DNA from: Spongospora subterranea f. sp. subterranea
Taxonomy: Eukaryota
Reading direction: 5' to 3'
DNA: 64,000 nucleotides
NCBI GenBank assembly: GCA_049724395.1
Contig: JAUGWO010000030.1
Location: forward strand, 124,001-188,000
The position numbers were made by a program, and so were the translations under genes. Below, one piece after another: positions 50,905 through 64,000 of this stretch (the first letter of the stretch is position 1; every line of letters begins with the position of its first letter). Below the pieces are notes generated by a model. The model was not told the origin of the DNA. It did no database searches and saw only the letters and a list, made by a program, of their open reading frames with translations.

Positions 50905-52620
50905 ATGTCCTCTACTGTTCCCAGCCCATCCCCATCTCCCAGCAATGGCGCTTTCTCTGTTCGGGTCAGGCGGCTTCAATCGCCGGATTTGGCTCTTCCC
51001 AGGCTGTCGGTGTCCGAGTCCTCCCCTGACGTCGCTCTGCTTTCCACCGATTTCGGCAACGTCTATACCGGCGAGACTTTTAGGGCGTTTTTCATCGTTG
51101 CGGCCACCGAAACTGTCAAAGATGTGCAGGTGAAGCTGAACATGAAATCTCTAGCAGCTGAGATAGTATTACTGGATTCGACGGTGATCGAAACAATGAA
51201 TGGCAACGATACTCAAGAATTTATTTTCGCACATGAGATAACATCTCCAGGGTTATACCAGTAAGTCCAATCCAAATAAGTTTTTGCAAAGAACCTTAAT
51301 TGCATCTGCTTTTTCATTGGAAGCGAAACCCGATTTTTTTATTTCATATTTGCTCTATTTGAAGAGGTTAAAGACGCTCCTTTTTTCTCTTTTGAACAAT
51401 CATACTAAATGTCTGTTTCGTTCACAAAGCATATGCAATTTTTTTTTAACACCCAACTGTTTTTTATACAGAAAACTTTCTTCTTTGCTTTGATCGTCGT
51501 TTTGCCTGCAGAAATCTGTTTTCAATGATTATTTTCTTTCTTGAATCAACTATTTGGATTGCAATTGTGAGTTCACCAAAACATCGCTTTCAAACGGATT
51601 TATTAATTCACGTTCAGTATGATTTGCCACATAGACTATACCGAGATCGACTCGTCGTCTAAAACCACATTCACTCGCGTATTTAAGTTCCAAGTTCAGT
51701 CTACTTTTGAAATATCAACCACTGTCTCCAACATTTCGGTCTTCGCCTCTCAATTCATAAAATGGATCTGTTATTGATTCCATTGTTTACATAGAACACT
51801 TTCTTGGCGTCGATTGAGTTGACAAGTCTAATATCGTCACCTGTAATTGTTAGCTCCATTGACTTCATCGTCGATCGAGATCAAGACCCAGGGAGTACCA
51901 GTTCCCTTGTCATTGACACGTCGTTTGATGGGTTCGTCGAAAATTGTTCGCAAAAAAAAATATCACTTACCTAATTTTATGAGTGCCGTTCCCCAGGGAT
52001 ATAATAATGAACCAGAGTGATAAGATTTCCTGCACGTCGCTATTGTCGTGGCATTGTCAAGGTGGCTATTTCAATGAGTGTATACCCATACCATTAGAAG
52101 GACGTTTCAGAATTGCTTGGCAACAACTTTCAACTGGTATTTTTCCATCGGATTGCCCCATTTGATTTTTTGTACTAATTATTTTATAGGTGGTGGGGGG
52201 ACGATCAACTCGTCAATTGTAAAGTGCTTCGTGCCTGATCACTTGTATTTGTACGCTGTCAAAGCTCCAGCTCGCGTTGGTTTAGAAACCATTTTCACTG
52301 TTAGTCTTTGTTGTGGCAACGCCTCAGAAATTGGCAGATCGGATCTCACGTTGGAGTTTGTCAACGATCGTCTATCGTTTTTGCGACCTGTTGGTCCTCT
52401 AGTAAAGGTCATCTCAGTAGCTTGCAACATTCTACAATGGTCTTAATTGTATTTTCAGACTATCGCAAACCTGGACAGTGGTGAGCGCCAAGTTATCACA
52501 GTCGATCTAGTTGGTCTAGCCCCTGGAATACATCCCTTGAACGGAATTAGACTGCATTGTTCAGATTCGGGACAGAATTTTGAATTTGATAATATTTGCC
52601 AGATTGAGATCAGTCTTTAA
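50905..52620 (+). CDS. TRAPPC13: Trafficking protein particle complex subunit 13, multi-exon
   Basis: FSVRVRRLQSP, DFGNVYTGETFRAF, HEITSPGL, ICHIDY...RVFKFQV, GRFRIAW, GLAPGIHPLNGIRL. Confidence 0.85.
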
Positions 52621-53411
52621 TAAATCCCTGTTGCACCACCCGAAGTCTATCACCCGAAGTCTATCGTTGGTGTTTAGGTGCAGTGTCTTTTGATTTCGAC
52701 CTCCATCAACCCGTCCAGCACCAAGATCCCTAAGTTGAGCCAAGAATCAATCAGTTTCATGGTTGGAAAAATATCCAGGGGATATCTGACGAGCTAAGGA
52801 TCTGTACTGTATTGTTTATAGTTGTGGCCCAACCTGGGCGATCATCAGATGGAGACCAGCTATGGTGGCACAAATGTCTATGAGAACCGGGGTGTATTAA
52901 TGGGAAACTGGGTATGAAACCATAATTGTTCGATCGCGTCCGACCTCAATATCTGCACAATAACTAGGTTGAGGATCGGTTTGTCTCTGAGTCAAGAAAG
53001 CGTTGCTCGTCAACGCAGAAGACCGCTGCGCTCCCTCAAAGTGAGCAGAAATGTTCATATGAATGGCCGGATCCTTCGAAATCCAAAGACGCTGACACTC
53101 GTGCTCGAGTGTCAACCTTCGCTGTACCGCCTATTCCATTATTTGATACGCGAGCTGTACTAGATCGCAACATCCCAGCTGGAATTAAAGTCAGTCCCCG
53201 CGATGGACCGGTGAACGTCCTCGAGTGGCACATCGCCCACCGAAATACCGACCACATTCAACAACCATCGTTCCCGTCAACTACATATTCAACATCCCAT
53301 CTCCGTTTTCCTACTCGCCATCGTCGTGGATAAACTCCATTTTTACTGTCGACAATACACGTGACTGGTTCCTCGGTTGAACCAGACTACTATATCTCCC
53401 CGTCTTCAGGA

Positions 53412-54425
53412 TTATTGCTTGGCCGGTTCGCTATTGGCCTGCGCTTCATCTGAGAACCCTGGAATCAGCTTGTCCAACAGACGATTCAGCGGGCGCATAT
53501 CTTCGCTATGTAGTAGACCGAATTCACATCCGAACATGGCAAAATGCTGAAACGATGAGTTGAGCTGAAATTCAGCATTACCAGCTCGAATATCATCGAA
53601 ATGCGAATCTGAAAACCAGACCGGAATCAGAGCGATGCGTTCGCTAATTGGACACCTCGCGAATACTGACAGTAAATATGAGCGTAAATGCGAAAAATTC
53701 GCTTGTAGATGGCGTTGCAATGAAAGGTGAAATCGGGCGGGTAATTATCCGATAAAATAGGGAATATATCAGGATTACTGATCATCGCATCGATCCAATC
53801 GAAGACGACCTGCATATATTGAGGAGCCGTTAGCTGAACCGGTTGAGAGGGTGGTCCAGGATCATCTGATGAACGAGGGGGAGCCCATAAATACTGGAAT
53901 TGTGAGCCGGCCGACATGATCGGACAGGAGGAATCGGTACAGGTCGACAAGGACCCGTAGATGACCGACACCATGTTGTAGAAATGGATCTAGCGAGAGA
54001 AACATGGATCAAATGTGATGCGGACGAATGCGGAAACGACGGGTGATTACGGTGTTGACGGCGATCCAATCCTGAGCCAGCTGACCGGTGGGCAAACGAA
54101 TATTATCAAGCAATTCCGGATCGTGGCTAGTTGCAGCTTCGGCACCGATACGCGCTCGACGGGCTCGAACTGTCCCTTTCAATGTCATCGCTAGATGTTG
54201 GCGTTTATTGCCATGAACCGATTGCGGAGGGCGAAATGACTTCAGTTCGATTTGATCTCCAGCAAATTTCCGATCGTCTTCATCAAAATCCTCAGCTGGT
54301 TTTTTGTGTTCTACATGGTTTTTTGCAGGACCGGGATCGACATGGTGTTTTTCGTGTGATAGATTATCCTCTGTAGGGCCCAGGTCAATATTAGATTCAG
54401 GGGGCTTACTAGACCTTCCACCCAT
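53412..54425 (-). CDS. MOB kinase activator (MOB1/MOB3-type) with N-terminal extension, multi-exon
   Basis: LPTGQLAQDWIAVNT/IHFYN, CTDSSCPIMSAG, LTAPQYM...DWI, IYKRIFRIYAHIY, LNSSFQHF. Confidence 0.92.
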
Positions 54426-55267
54426 AATTATCAATATAGTCAAACATGTTCATTCGCGACCCATAGGCACGCGACGCCAAATCGAGTTGGGTTTCAAATT
54501 TGTGCCCACGAGGACGTTTGCACATTGGTCAAAGCATTAAAAAGTAGTTTTTGGACAAATCGTGATTGGTATCCTGGCTCAATGCCCCGACAACCGTGGA
54601 ATCTCCGTAGAAAAATCCCCTTTATGGGCTATGGCTCATCACCATTCTCGAAACAATGTGAATTCCGCCATTGGTTGATTATCCCCCGAGAAGGAAGTGC
54701 TCGGTCGAACCTCTCTGTCACCCATATTTCCCTTGCCCGGCGATCGCATGCCGGGAATGACCCGGGCGATAGAGTCACGCATATTCTATCGCCATTTTCG
54801 CCAGCACGTGTTGGACATGACCCATGGGCCCATCACAACCGTAACCGATACTCGTGGTCCATCACTACAGTCGCACACTCGACCCGATCTGGGTTCCGCC
54901 GCCAGTATTTCGTTACTCACGCCCCGACTGGTTCGGCACCCCTTCCCCCGCTCTACCAGTCTACCGTGCCCGCCACTGAGGCCCAGCCCTCTGTCGTGTT
55001 CACTCGTGAGTGGGTAACTACAGTGGACGATTGTAGAGTCCCTGTGTAGCGGCTCGACCCTGTCTGGTTGGTTGGCCCCCTTCCTGTTGCAAGATGCCGG
55101 CACCTCTGATCACACAATCGCCCACCGCACACGATATCATCTACCAGCGTTATCGTCAGGCTGTGATCGCCAAACAGGCTGCTGGTCCTGGCGCCAGCAC
55201 TGTGCCCTTTGGCATTGGTATCGGCCCAAGGACTCTATTGGATTCTTGTTGTTCAGGGCCTAGCGAT

Positions 55268-56437
55268 ATGTCATCTGATGTAAGACGTAATGGATTATCA
55301 TGGCCATGGTCTTTGCATCAAATCGCAGCATTCCTCGGGATTATATACGTTGTCGTTGTATTCGTCACCGTACAAATGGTTGACGTCGTTGAACTTGTCG
55401 TGTTTTTCTCCATCTTGGGTGTTGGATTTCTGGCATTTCTACGAACGAGTCTGATCGACCCGCATTGCTCTCGGGATCCATCGAGTAAAGACACAATGCG
55501 ATATTGTAATGTCTGTGATCTATCAATGGAATCCGATACGAAACATTGTCGATTATGTAATAAGTGCATATACAAGTTCGATCACCATTGTGTAAGTCCC
55601 TGACCCCCCAAAACCCCCCAATCCGACCTAATCCTGTCTCCCCATCAGCTCTATCTGAACACCTGTATCGGCGGCCGCAACTACCGCCCGTTCTTCACCC
55701 TCATCACCCTCTGCACCATTCTCCTGGCGATGTTCCTCTCTGTCACCGTCATCACCTTCTCTCATGGAGCGGATCATCCCGATACGGTCCATTTCGCCTC
55801 TCAGGTACAATATTGCTCATCCTGTTTTCACCCGCTCTATCTCATATGTTTTATCCGATCTTCATAGCGTATATTTGGTAATTCCACCGTATATCTCTGT
55901 AGTCTCGCCGTATTTTCAATCATTCCAATTCTTCTGTTCTTCGCCGTATTGTCATTACTTGTATTTCATATTTATATTGGAATACTGCAAATCAGCACAT
56001 ACAACTGGATAATCGGTAAACGCGATGCGGTTAATCCAGTTGTTGAGCTCCCGCCGGCTCCGAAATTGAGCCAAGATATCCTACAAGAACGGCGCCGGAG
56101 CGTATACGATCAATGGATTAGGCAGAATCAAGAACGACATCGCGATGTGGATCGACAGCAGAACTTGCCAGGACATGAACCGGCAGCGATCGTTGGAAGT
56201 GGCGATATTCGGGTCGAGGTCAACGATGATTATGGCGTTGACACACCCCACAGCCGCAGTGAATCGCTGATGAGCCAGATCGAGGATGTGCTCGGGATTG
56301 ACGTGAGCGCCGGGGACGGGGAGATGCGGGCAAGGAACGGGAATGAAAGGAGGGGTTTGGATCCCATTGTTGAACCGGTTGATCAGAACCGATCAGGGCG
56401 AGAACCTGGTCCTGTTGATCCTGTTGATCCCTCATAA
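55268..56437 (+). CDS. DHHC palmitoyltransferase (ZDHHC1/11-like), multi-exon
   Basis: RRNGLSWPWSLHQ, transmembrane helices, CNVC...KHCRLCNKCIYKFDHHC/LYLNTCIGGRNYRPFF, FHIY...STYNWI. Confidence 0.92.
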
Positions 56438-56605
56438 CCCATCTCAATATCATTCCCCAATATCCTCTTTATATAATTAACATATCTATTGATCGCCAAA
56501 TGTTATCCGTCTGGTGTAGCCCCTCCTGGTCCCATGTAGCGCCACGTGTAGCGCCATCCGCCCGCCCTCGGCCCTAGTCAACATTGCTGCTTGTTTTGCC
56601 GAATG

Positions 56606-57862
56606 TTATCTGTGTGGTGTTGGTGTGGCGGCCGTGTTGGTCCCATGGCGCCATCGCCCTATCGCCATCCTCCCGGCCCTCTCCCTATCGTGTGCCATCG
56701 CCCGCCACTCCATCTCCCTGACCGTGCACCCGATCGCCGTCTCGACAGTCCATATCGCCATCACCCTCTTCCTGATCCGTTCCCTTGTCCATCTACCGAT
56801 CCCGTCCTTCCCTCCTCCTCCCCCTAATCCGCCAATCAGCCCCAGAGCCCGTTCCCCTTTCGCCCTTCTCCCTTCAACATATCTCGTCCATCGTCCCCAT
56901 ATCGCCGCCTTCTCCCTCAACTCTTCCCCGTATTCTCTCCATCTCCTCACCGAATTTCTCACCGTTAAACACCATCTCACCCTTCGACAGGCCATCTCCA
57001 GTACCATTATATCCCCTGATCGTGACCGTTTCCTGTACATGAACTCCTTCCATTGTCCAATAGATTCCCTTATCAACCGCTTCCGCTCGACCTTGATCAA
57101 TATCGCCAAACCATCACAGACTCGACGCTGAATGATTGCCGAATATCGCCATCTGTATAGCCATCGCCTGATACACTGCAGATACGCGCGACGATCGATC
57201 AGACGATCCCGTTCCAATAGCGCTTGTGATGTCTCTCGCCATTCGCCCAACGCCAATCTCATATGGAGTATATCGCGACGTTCCTCCCGTCTCCATTCCC
57301 TGATCGATATCGCCATCGCCATCGCCAACAGTGTATTCCCCCGATTCCACTGACGACACCGCCGTCGCCAATCGATCATCATCGTCCTGATCGGCACGTT
57401 CCTCTGTAATCGCCCGACAATCCTCAAACCTGTTAAAACGCGCCATCCATACAGCAGGCGCCTTCTCCTCTTTTTAAACCCGACACTGATCGCGTACGAC
57501 GATCGCCAGTAGCGCCATCCGATCAGGACGTGACGATCGGCGATACACGCCTTCGTGGCCAACTGTTCGTGATAATACACGATCCATGACGATAAGCTGC
57601 TCGATAGCAATCGGATACGATCGTGACGATCGGCTCGACCATATTCCGTTGAATACGATCGCACCCGTGTGCGCCATTGTTTGAATATCGGTGTGAGGTC
57701 CGTCTGACCAGGTATAGGTCGTCTGGCAATCCTGCCCAGATACACGATGAACCATTTCTGGACGCACCAATGCAGGACGCGGATTCGGCGCCGGGACCCG
57801 GCCTTCGACCTGTGCGATTGGGATCGCAGAACGCCAAGACCAGGATCGGGAATCGGCTTCAT
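56606..57862 (-). CDS. Trp/Arg-rich repeat protein, SFI1-like centrin-binding repeats
   Basis: Long ORF with periodic ..W..WR motifs (FKQWR, IGWRYWR, RRWLYRWR, IGQWK, RRWRE, IGRWR). Confidence 0.6.
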   Translation of the reverse strand: MKPIPDPGLGVLRSQSHRSKAGSRRRIRVLHWCVQKWFIVYLGRIARRPIPGQTDLTPIFKQWRTRVRSYSTEYGRADRHDRIRLLSSSLSSWIVYYHEQLATKACIADRHVLIGWRYWRSSYAISVGFKKRRRRLLYGWRVLTGLRIVGRLQRNVPIRTMMIDWRRRCRQWNRGNTLLAMAMAISIREWRREERRDILHMRLALGEWRETSQALLERDRLIDRRAYLQCIRRWLYRWRYSAIIQRRVCDGLAILIKVERKRLIRESIGQWKEFMYRKRSRSGDIMVLEMACRRVRWCLTVRNSVRRWREYGEELREKAAIWGRWTRYVEGRRAKGERALGLIGGLGGGGGKDGIGRWTRERIRKRVMAIWTVETAIGCTVREMEWRAMAHDRERAGRMAIGRWRHGTNTAATPTPHR

Positions 57863-57997
57863 TGTGTGACGAGACCAGATTTTGGGGGTTCCGATGGGAT
57901 CATAATCAACGACAAGATAAAGGAAACGGGGGAACAACTGCTCGTGGAGCGGATTGGGTGAGACGTTGACAGTTAGTGGTTCATTAAACACATATGA

Positions 57998-59371
57998 TTA
58001 TTGACCGAGTTGTAGTGATAGCCAGTCCTTTGGTGATCGCAGAACGGTGACCAGATCCTGTTCCGGTGAATCAGGTTTAGGTTCATAGCCGTATTCCCAT
58101 CGGCATGTCAACGGCAGCGACATCAGTATCGATTCGATCCGGGCACTGAAATCATCAGATCAACCTCTGAAGCGTGGGAGCGATGTCGCTGCGGGATCCG
58201 ACCTTGGTGTGTGCAGACCGAATTTCGTCCCCCGGTCGTAGACCAGATTGAACTCAGCGTACCGTCCTCGGCGTAATTGCTGCCAATGGCGCTCGTCATC
58301 ATTAGTGGCATGGTCCATGTTCCGGATCACGATCGGGAAATACGCATCGTTGACAGCGAATCCACAGGTTTCCAGAAAGGCCATCGCTTTATCCTGGAAA
58401 TCCCCCCAGACCACAAACACGATGTCAGAACACGAGTTGCGATAAACCGATGGCGCTGGTACAAAGGGGAGTGTGTCGACATCGTCGAAGAATATTCCCC
58501 CAACTCCACGACATTCATTACGATGGGGCAAGTAGAAATACCGATCGCACCACGATTTGAATTCCGGGTAGAAGGATGGCGAGAACTGATCGCAGGCCGT
58601 TTTCTGTACGAGATGGAAATGGGTGCAGTCCTAAACTTGACACATTATGGGCGACGACTCGGGGAACGAGCACAATCGAGTACCGACCTCATCGTTGATA
58701 TACGAAGGTGTAAGATCGGTTCCACCACCGATCCACCAGATTTTGTCGTCTTCGGCAATCTCCAGCTCGAAATACCGATAATTGCAGTGCATTGTGGGGA
58801 CGTGTGGATTGCGACCATGAATAACAACACTAACACCGGCGGCGAAGAACACAACATTATCGGTCTGGGAAAACGCCTTTCAGGTTCGACTAGCGATAAG
58901 AACATTTTGAGGTGATGCACAAACAGAAACACGAGTTAATGATGAATGATCCGCTTTCATTGATTGAATGGCGTGAGCAGGGAGCTGAACAGATATCATT
59001 GATCGATTGGGAAATAGAGCCGGGGACCCCAGGGACGAGATTACCTGACCACTAACGATGGACACGTTGACACCGGCTTTCTCGAACACGATCCCATCCT
59101 GCAATACACGAGTGATACCACCGCCTTCGTTGGGATTGGGACGGTGCCAGACATCTTCACGGAAGCGGGATCCTGGTCATTGGGTGATCGGTCTGGTGTT
59201 TATCGCCCCATGATATGATATAGATATAATACCTGGGCCCTCTAATTCCAACACCTTTGAACAGATACGGTCCTGGATAGATCTCACTACCGTCTCCGCC
59301 TTTAATCGCTCGGGATTATCATCCCATATCTTGGAGAATAATGGCGCCGTGGCCATGTTCGACAACACCAT
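57998..59371 (-). CDS. CPOX: Oxygen-dependent coproporphyrinogen III oxidase, multi-exon
   Basis: [93 protein letters not shown]. Confidence 0.96.
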
Positions 59372-60424
59372 ATACAGGTCGCACGGGTAGAGGACCAGCG
59401 CCCATGGCGAACATTGCCCCTTCCACGGTCACGGACTTGCCGACTCGCACTTGGGTATCGTGTTGTTACGGATGGCGCAATTCACCCAGTTTGATATTAT
59501 AGACAGGATGATCTTCGCCAACTCACCATAATCCCAGACGAAGCGCTGTTCGAAGGGATCTCCCTCTAGGGACAAATACACTTCGCACACGTTGACGCCA
59601 ATATAGTCTTTCAACTCCCACTCGGAATGTGCTATCAATTGCACAGACCGTAAATGTCCCGCGAATTTCGAAACCGCTGTTTGTAGGTCTTTTCTAGGGC
59701 CGGATATTGCCATTGCCTTTCTGGTAGCAGTGGGAAAAAATGTTTTGAAATGATTCAGGAATCCGATCCCAGTAAACCTTTTGCCTTTTGATCAGGACCC
59801 GTTATCGGGTCATGGCTGATATGAACAGGTGATTTGGCCACGATCCATTATTTGCATCGCCTGGCTATTCCGGACCAAATAACTCGCCGAATTTTATTTC
59901 TATCGGATACAGATAACTTTTAACGGCTCTTTGTTTGGCTTAAAATAGAGTCGAAGTCGAATAATTCCGGGTTCAAAACCGGTCCACAATGTTCAAGGAA
60001 TGTAATTGGGGTTATTGATGTGATTAATTAACCGGAGACGGTGCGATTGGGTTTTAAGGGGCGATAACCTGAACCCAATGGCCTATTCCGCCCATTCGTC
60101 AATGGGAATATCGGGCGGTGTCATGTCATCATAACCGCTTCAATCGGGGACCAGTTCAGATTGGATCATCGGTCACTTCCAGATTGACCAAACTCATATC
60201 TCATCCCGTTTATCGGAAGCCCGTTCTACGATGGCCAACCACAACCTATCGCCATCGGACCGTCAACGATCGTCACCGGTTTATTCATATGAGGAGTCAC
60301 CAACTGCTCAACCTCACCGGCACCGACTCCCATATTCGCAAGTCGGATCCGCTTTCAACCGATCAATAATCACCAGGAACAACAACGATCACGATCAATT
60401 GGTCTCATCTGATGAGTTCAATCT

Positions 60425-61129
60425 TTATTGGCGATGACCAGTGGCGAAATTGGAGTCCCATTTGGTGGTGGAATCGGACGGTCTATTCAACAGTATTCTG
60501 ACGTTGATATTGGTGTGATGTGATTTACTGTTCGCCGATCTGATCTTAAACGCGTGACGATGGAGAAGGACGGCGATCCGTTCGAATGTCGCCTCGTCCC
60601 CATCATCGTCATCGTCCGCCACCACCGCCCGTCGCCGACTCAGCTTCAGGTCGTGCTCCTTCTTGAGCTGGGTTAGGACGAAGTTCGGTCGGGCCATGGC
60701 CTTGATCGTGGCGCGGCGATGGTCGCCAATCAGGTCCGACAGGGCGTTGAAATCGATATCGCCACGTTCGTCGGCTAATGGTTTGATCAACGTCAATATA
60801 TCGTCGCGATTATATTGCGGAAATGATTGTAATCGCCGATCGAGCTTTCGCAGGAACATTTCCTGTTCCGATGATGGGAGATATCCCCTCGACATGAAGA
60901 TCGACGTCAGGTCGTCGCTTTGCTCCAGATCGCACATCTTATCGAGTTCCTGAACATGACGATCGTGATCAGTTCGACAATATAGTCGAGGGGGAGGGGA
61001 GGGCGACACTATCGGATACGATATGAGATCCTTTGAACCCGGAACGGATATGAACGATGTCCTGGAGATGAGCTCGACACGATGAGCACAATCCGGGGGC
61101 GATGTGATCGGGCGATACCAACTCAACAC
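60425..61129 (-). CDS. Uncharacterised protein with a possible degenerate EF-hand
   Basis: 234-aa open frame with codon use like neighbouring genes; LADERGDIDFNAL is EF-hand-like. The 5' end is uncertain. Confidence 0.5.
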   Translation of the reverse strand: MLSWYRPITSPPDCAHRVELISRTSFISVPGSKDLISYPIVSPSPPPRLYCRTDHDRHVQELDKMCDLEQSDDLTSIFMSRGYLPSSEQEMFLRKLDRRLQSFPQYNRDDILTLIKPLADERGDIDFNALSDLIGDHRRATIKAMARPNFVLTQLKKEHDLKLSRRRAVVADDDDDGDEATFERIAVLLHRHAFKIRSANSKSHHTNINVRILLNRPSDSTTKWDSNFATGHRQ

Positions 61130-62044
61130 CGTTAACCAGTTGACGAAGGGAATTATATCGATCAGGGTCGGTGGTCTGTTCGGTGGCGGTGTCGGTGGCG
61201 ATCTGGGTGTTGAGGGAATGGCGCTCTAACCTTGATCGATCGGAGATGGGATTGGAAATGATGGCGACAATCAACACAGATACAGGTCGATAGGGAATGG
61301 CGATCGGATAATGGACCGTATTCCCCTAATACATATAGGCGATTGATCGGACGGGGATGGGATATGTTGACAGGAAAACAGAACTGTTGGGCGAAAGGGG
61401 ATCGGTTAGAGGAACGGGGGAGGGAGGATCATCATCATCACCTTCACGATATGATCAATAGGGATAAGATGACGACGGGGAATACAGATCAGATCGTCAT
61501 CGCCATTGCCGCTAATCTTATCGCCATCGGCAGTATTCTTATCGGCCATCGATATCTCTGTCTCGCTCGTGGTGCGGGTGTGTGTTTGGCCTCACCCCCC
61601 GGGTAGATGATGAACGACGCGTGCCATTGAAGGGGATTTCCAAAAGGATCAACGGTAATATATAACCGGGGAGGGGGGAACACACTAACACCACATCATC
61701 ACCACCGATTACCTCAACCCCTTCTCACAATAAACTATTTCACACAACAAAACCGCAATTGGCGATAACAGAACATTCGCAGAAGAGAATTCAGTTGATC
61801 GATATAGTTTAGTGGATTGGTCTCATTGTGAGTGATTATTACTGTGATATTATCGTTGGTCCCGGTGTCCCCTCAATATCTATGGCCATTCCTCGTCGTG
61901 ACCAATTCCCCAATTTCCCGTTGATCGGGGTCAAACCGGATTAATTGCGGAACGGACCTTTGGCCAGATCTGGTCGGGCGATCGGGTCTGTAGCGCCATC
62001 TCCCTGTACCAGGGTCGGGCAGTGTTCCCAGGTTGATCATCATC

Positions 62045-62722
62045 ATGCCTTCCTGCCCCGTCGATTACGACGAGAACAGCCGGAGCGGTATCGATGTTGG
62101 CCATCAAGAGGTGCAACGGATCATCGAGGAGCTGGAGGCGATATACGTCATGTCTCATAGCGAATGGCTGGCAGCGATACCGATAAGCTCATTCATATGT
62201 GCACAATTAGGGTATGAGGATATCGATGAGCTAGAGGACGCCATCCATGGGACGTTCGAGGAGTTCCTCAGGATCCTCCCACAGGTCCAGATCAAACAAT
62301 CGGACGATGGCGAACAGGAACGACTACTGTTCCGGATCATTGACCAAACCGGGAACCCGCACAAGATGGTGCTCAAGATCAGCGAACGACAACAGCTCTG
62401 GAATGTGCTGTTGAAGTCGCCAACCGGTGTGGTTCAGATCCCGGAACTGGAGTTTGAGATATCGGCGGACGGGCGACGCCGGATCGACACGATCTGGGGA
62501 TATCTGGCGTCGTCGGCGTTGGATCTCGAGGTTCGGCTGCAGCAACGGGAGAACGATCAGCACGACGATCCGGATACGGTTCAGGAGCTGGCCCTATTGC
62601 GACAGGTTGTCGATGGCCTGTCCGACCTTCGCGATCTCAAATACGAATGGACTTTGGTGGTTAGTGACGAATCTGGCGCTACACGATTTACAGATATGTC
62701 ATTGGTCGATATCCCCAACTGA
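62045..62722 (+). CDS. ZPR1-like A/B-domain protein lacking the C4 zinc finger
   Basis: VLLKSPTGVVQIPELEFEI...RIDTI...WTLVVSDESG matches the ZPR1 domain pattern; there are no CxxC pairs. Confidence 0.7.
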   Translation: MPSCPVDYDENSRSGIDVGHQEVQRIIEELEAIYVMSHSEWLAAIPISSFICAQLGYEDIDELEDAIHGTFEEFLRILPQVQIKQSDDGEQERLLFRIIDQTGNPHKMVLKISERQQLWNVLLKSPTGVVQIPELEFEISADGRRRIDTIWGYLASSALDLEVRLQQRENDQHDDPDTVQELALLRQVVDGLSDLRDLKYEWTLVVSDESGATRFTDMSLVDIPN

Positions 62723-63451
62723 TCGCAATCATCAATACAGTCGATGCCCATCCCCATCGCCCACCGTGATCATCGCGACCTGTCAGTATCGATCAGGGTA
62801 CTCTGCTAGCGCCATGTGTTTGACCTGGCACGATGTCCCATCGCTTGACCACTTCAGATGACCCAACTCCCCTCGTTATTCCACTGGATATATTTATGGT
62901 AATTTTCAGCATGAGGTTGTTGGTCGGCCACTACAGAAAACATCCTTGACATGAATCCGGCCATTTCGGGTAATCGAATAAGGCTGTCGTTTTTATTCGG
63001 TTCTTGCCGGTTTGCGCTTCCTATAGGAATTCCTCTGAATCTTAACGTTCATAGCATCGTCATGAATAACCGGTAAATCCAACCGACGACTCCGTTTACT
63101 GGTGACCACATCGGTGTCTCACCCTTGGTTGAATATGATGCCATAGGACTTCGTCTTGCTCAGTGTAAAAACAGGGTTTTGAGCATTGTTTGGCATTCTT
63201 GTAGTCCTGATGCGGATAGTCGGTTTTCCAATGCCCACCATGCGTCGTCAGCGGTTTCCGTTCGACCTACGAAACTGAAAATATCGTCGGCAACGGATAA
63301 TCGTTCGATATCCTTGATAATGGGCCACCAATCCCAGAAAATAACATTCAGTTGCTGATAAAAAAAAAACTGAGCACAGCGACATTTGATACGGTTGACA
63401 GAATAGCAGCTATATTCGGCCACAATTCGTGATGAGATTAGTGGGAAAAAC

Positions 63452-64000
<549 letters not shown>

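Noticed and set aside
52640..53340. Small Pcc1/KEOPS-like gene
   Set aside because: I could not build a consistent spliced frame and the similarity is too weak to call.
59429..59713. SNF5-like domain in a 94-aa ORF
   Set aside because: Only 'RFVWD' resembles it; the rest of the domain pattern is absent.

Overview
This is eukaryotic genomic DNA, not prokaryotic. Genes are compact, with many short (~45-65 nt) GT-AG introns, and several encode centriole/cilium proteins (CIMIP1/LLC1-like, SFI1-like, LRRC43-like). That fits a flagellated protist; a plant-parasitic phytomyxid/plasmodiophorid is my inference, not verified. Recognisable genes: DcpS, TFIIA-gamma, metaxin, enoyl-CoA isomerase, METTL4-like, SPT3, GNL1, an EF-hand/cNMP-binding protein, a PX-SH3 protein, CIMIP1, a DNAJC11-like protein, TRAPPC13, MOB, a DHHC palmitoyltransferase, SFI1-like, CPOX, ZPR1-like and the 3' end of AP-4 epsilon. 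Between them lie decayed Ty3/gypsy, Ty1/copia, MULE, PIF/Harbinger and piggyBac-like remnants and two tandem arrays (48-bp and 81-bp units). Three things stand out. (1) A spliced candidate secreted effector (4242-6799) carries a signal peptide, two DLNxxP EAR-type motifs created by exon+intron tandem duplication, and three copies of an unfamiliar Cys-rich repeat. (2) A possible single ankyrin-GAF-Fic gene (15600-19383). (3) Five transposon-derived fold-back inverted duplications of different ages. All gene models were spliced by eye and boundaries are approximate. A few homopolymer frameshifts suggest long-read consensus errors.
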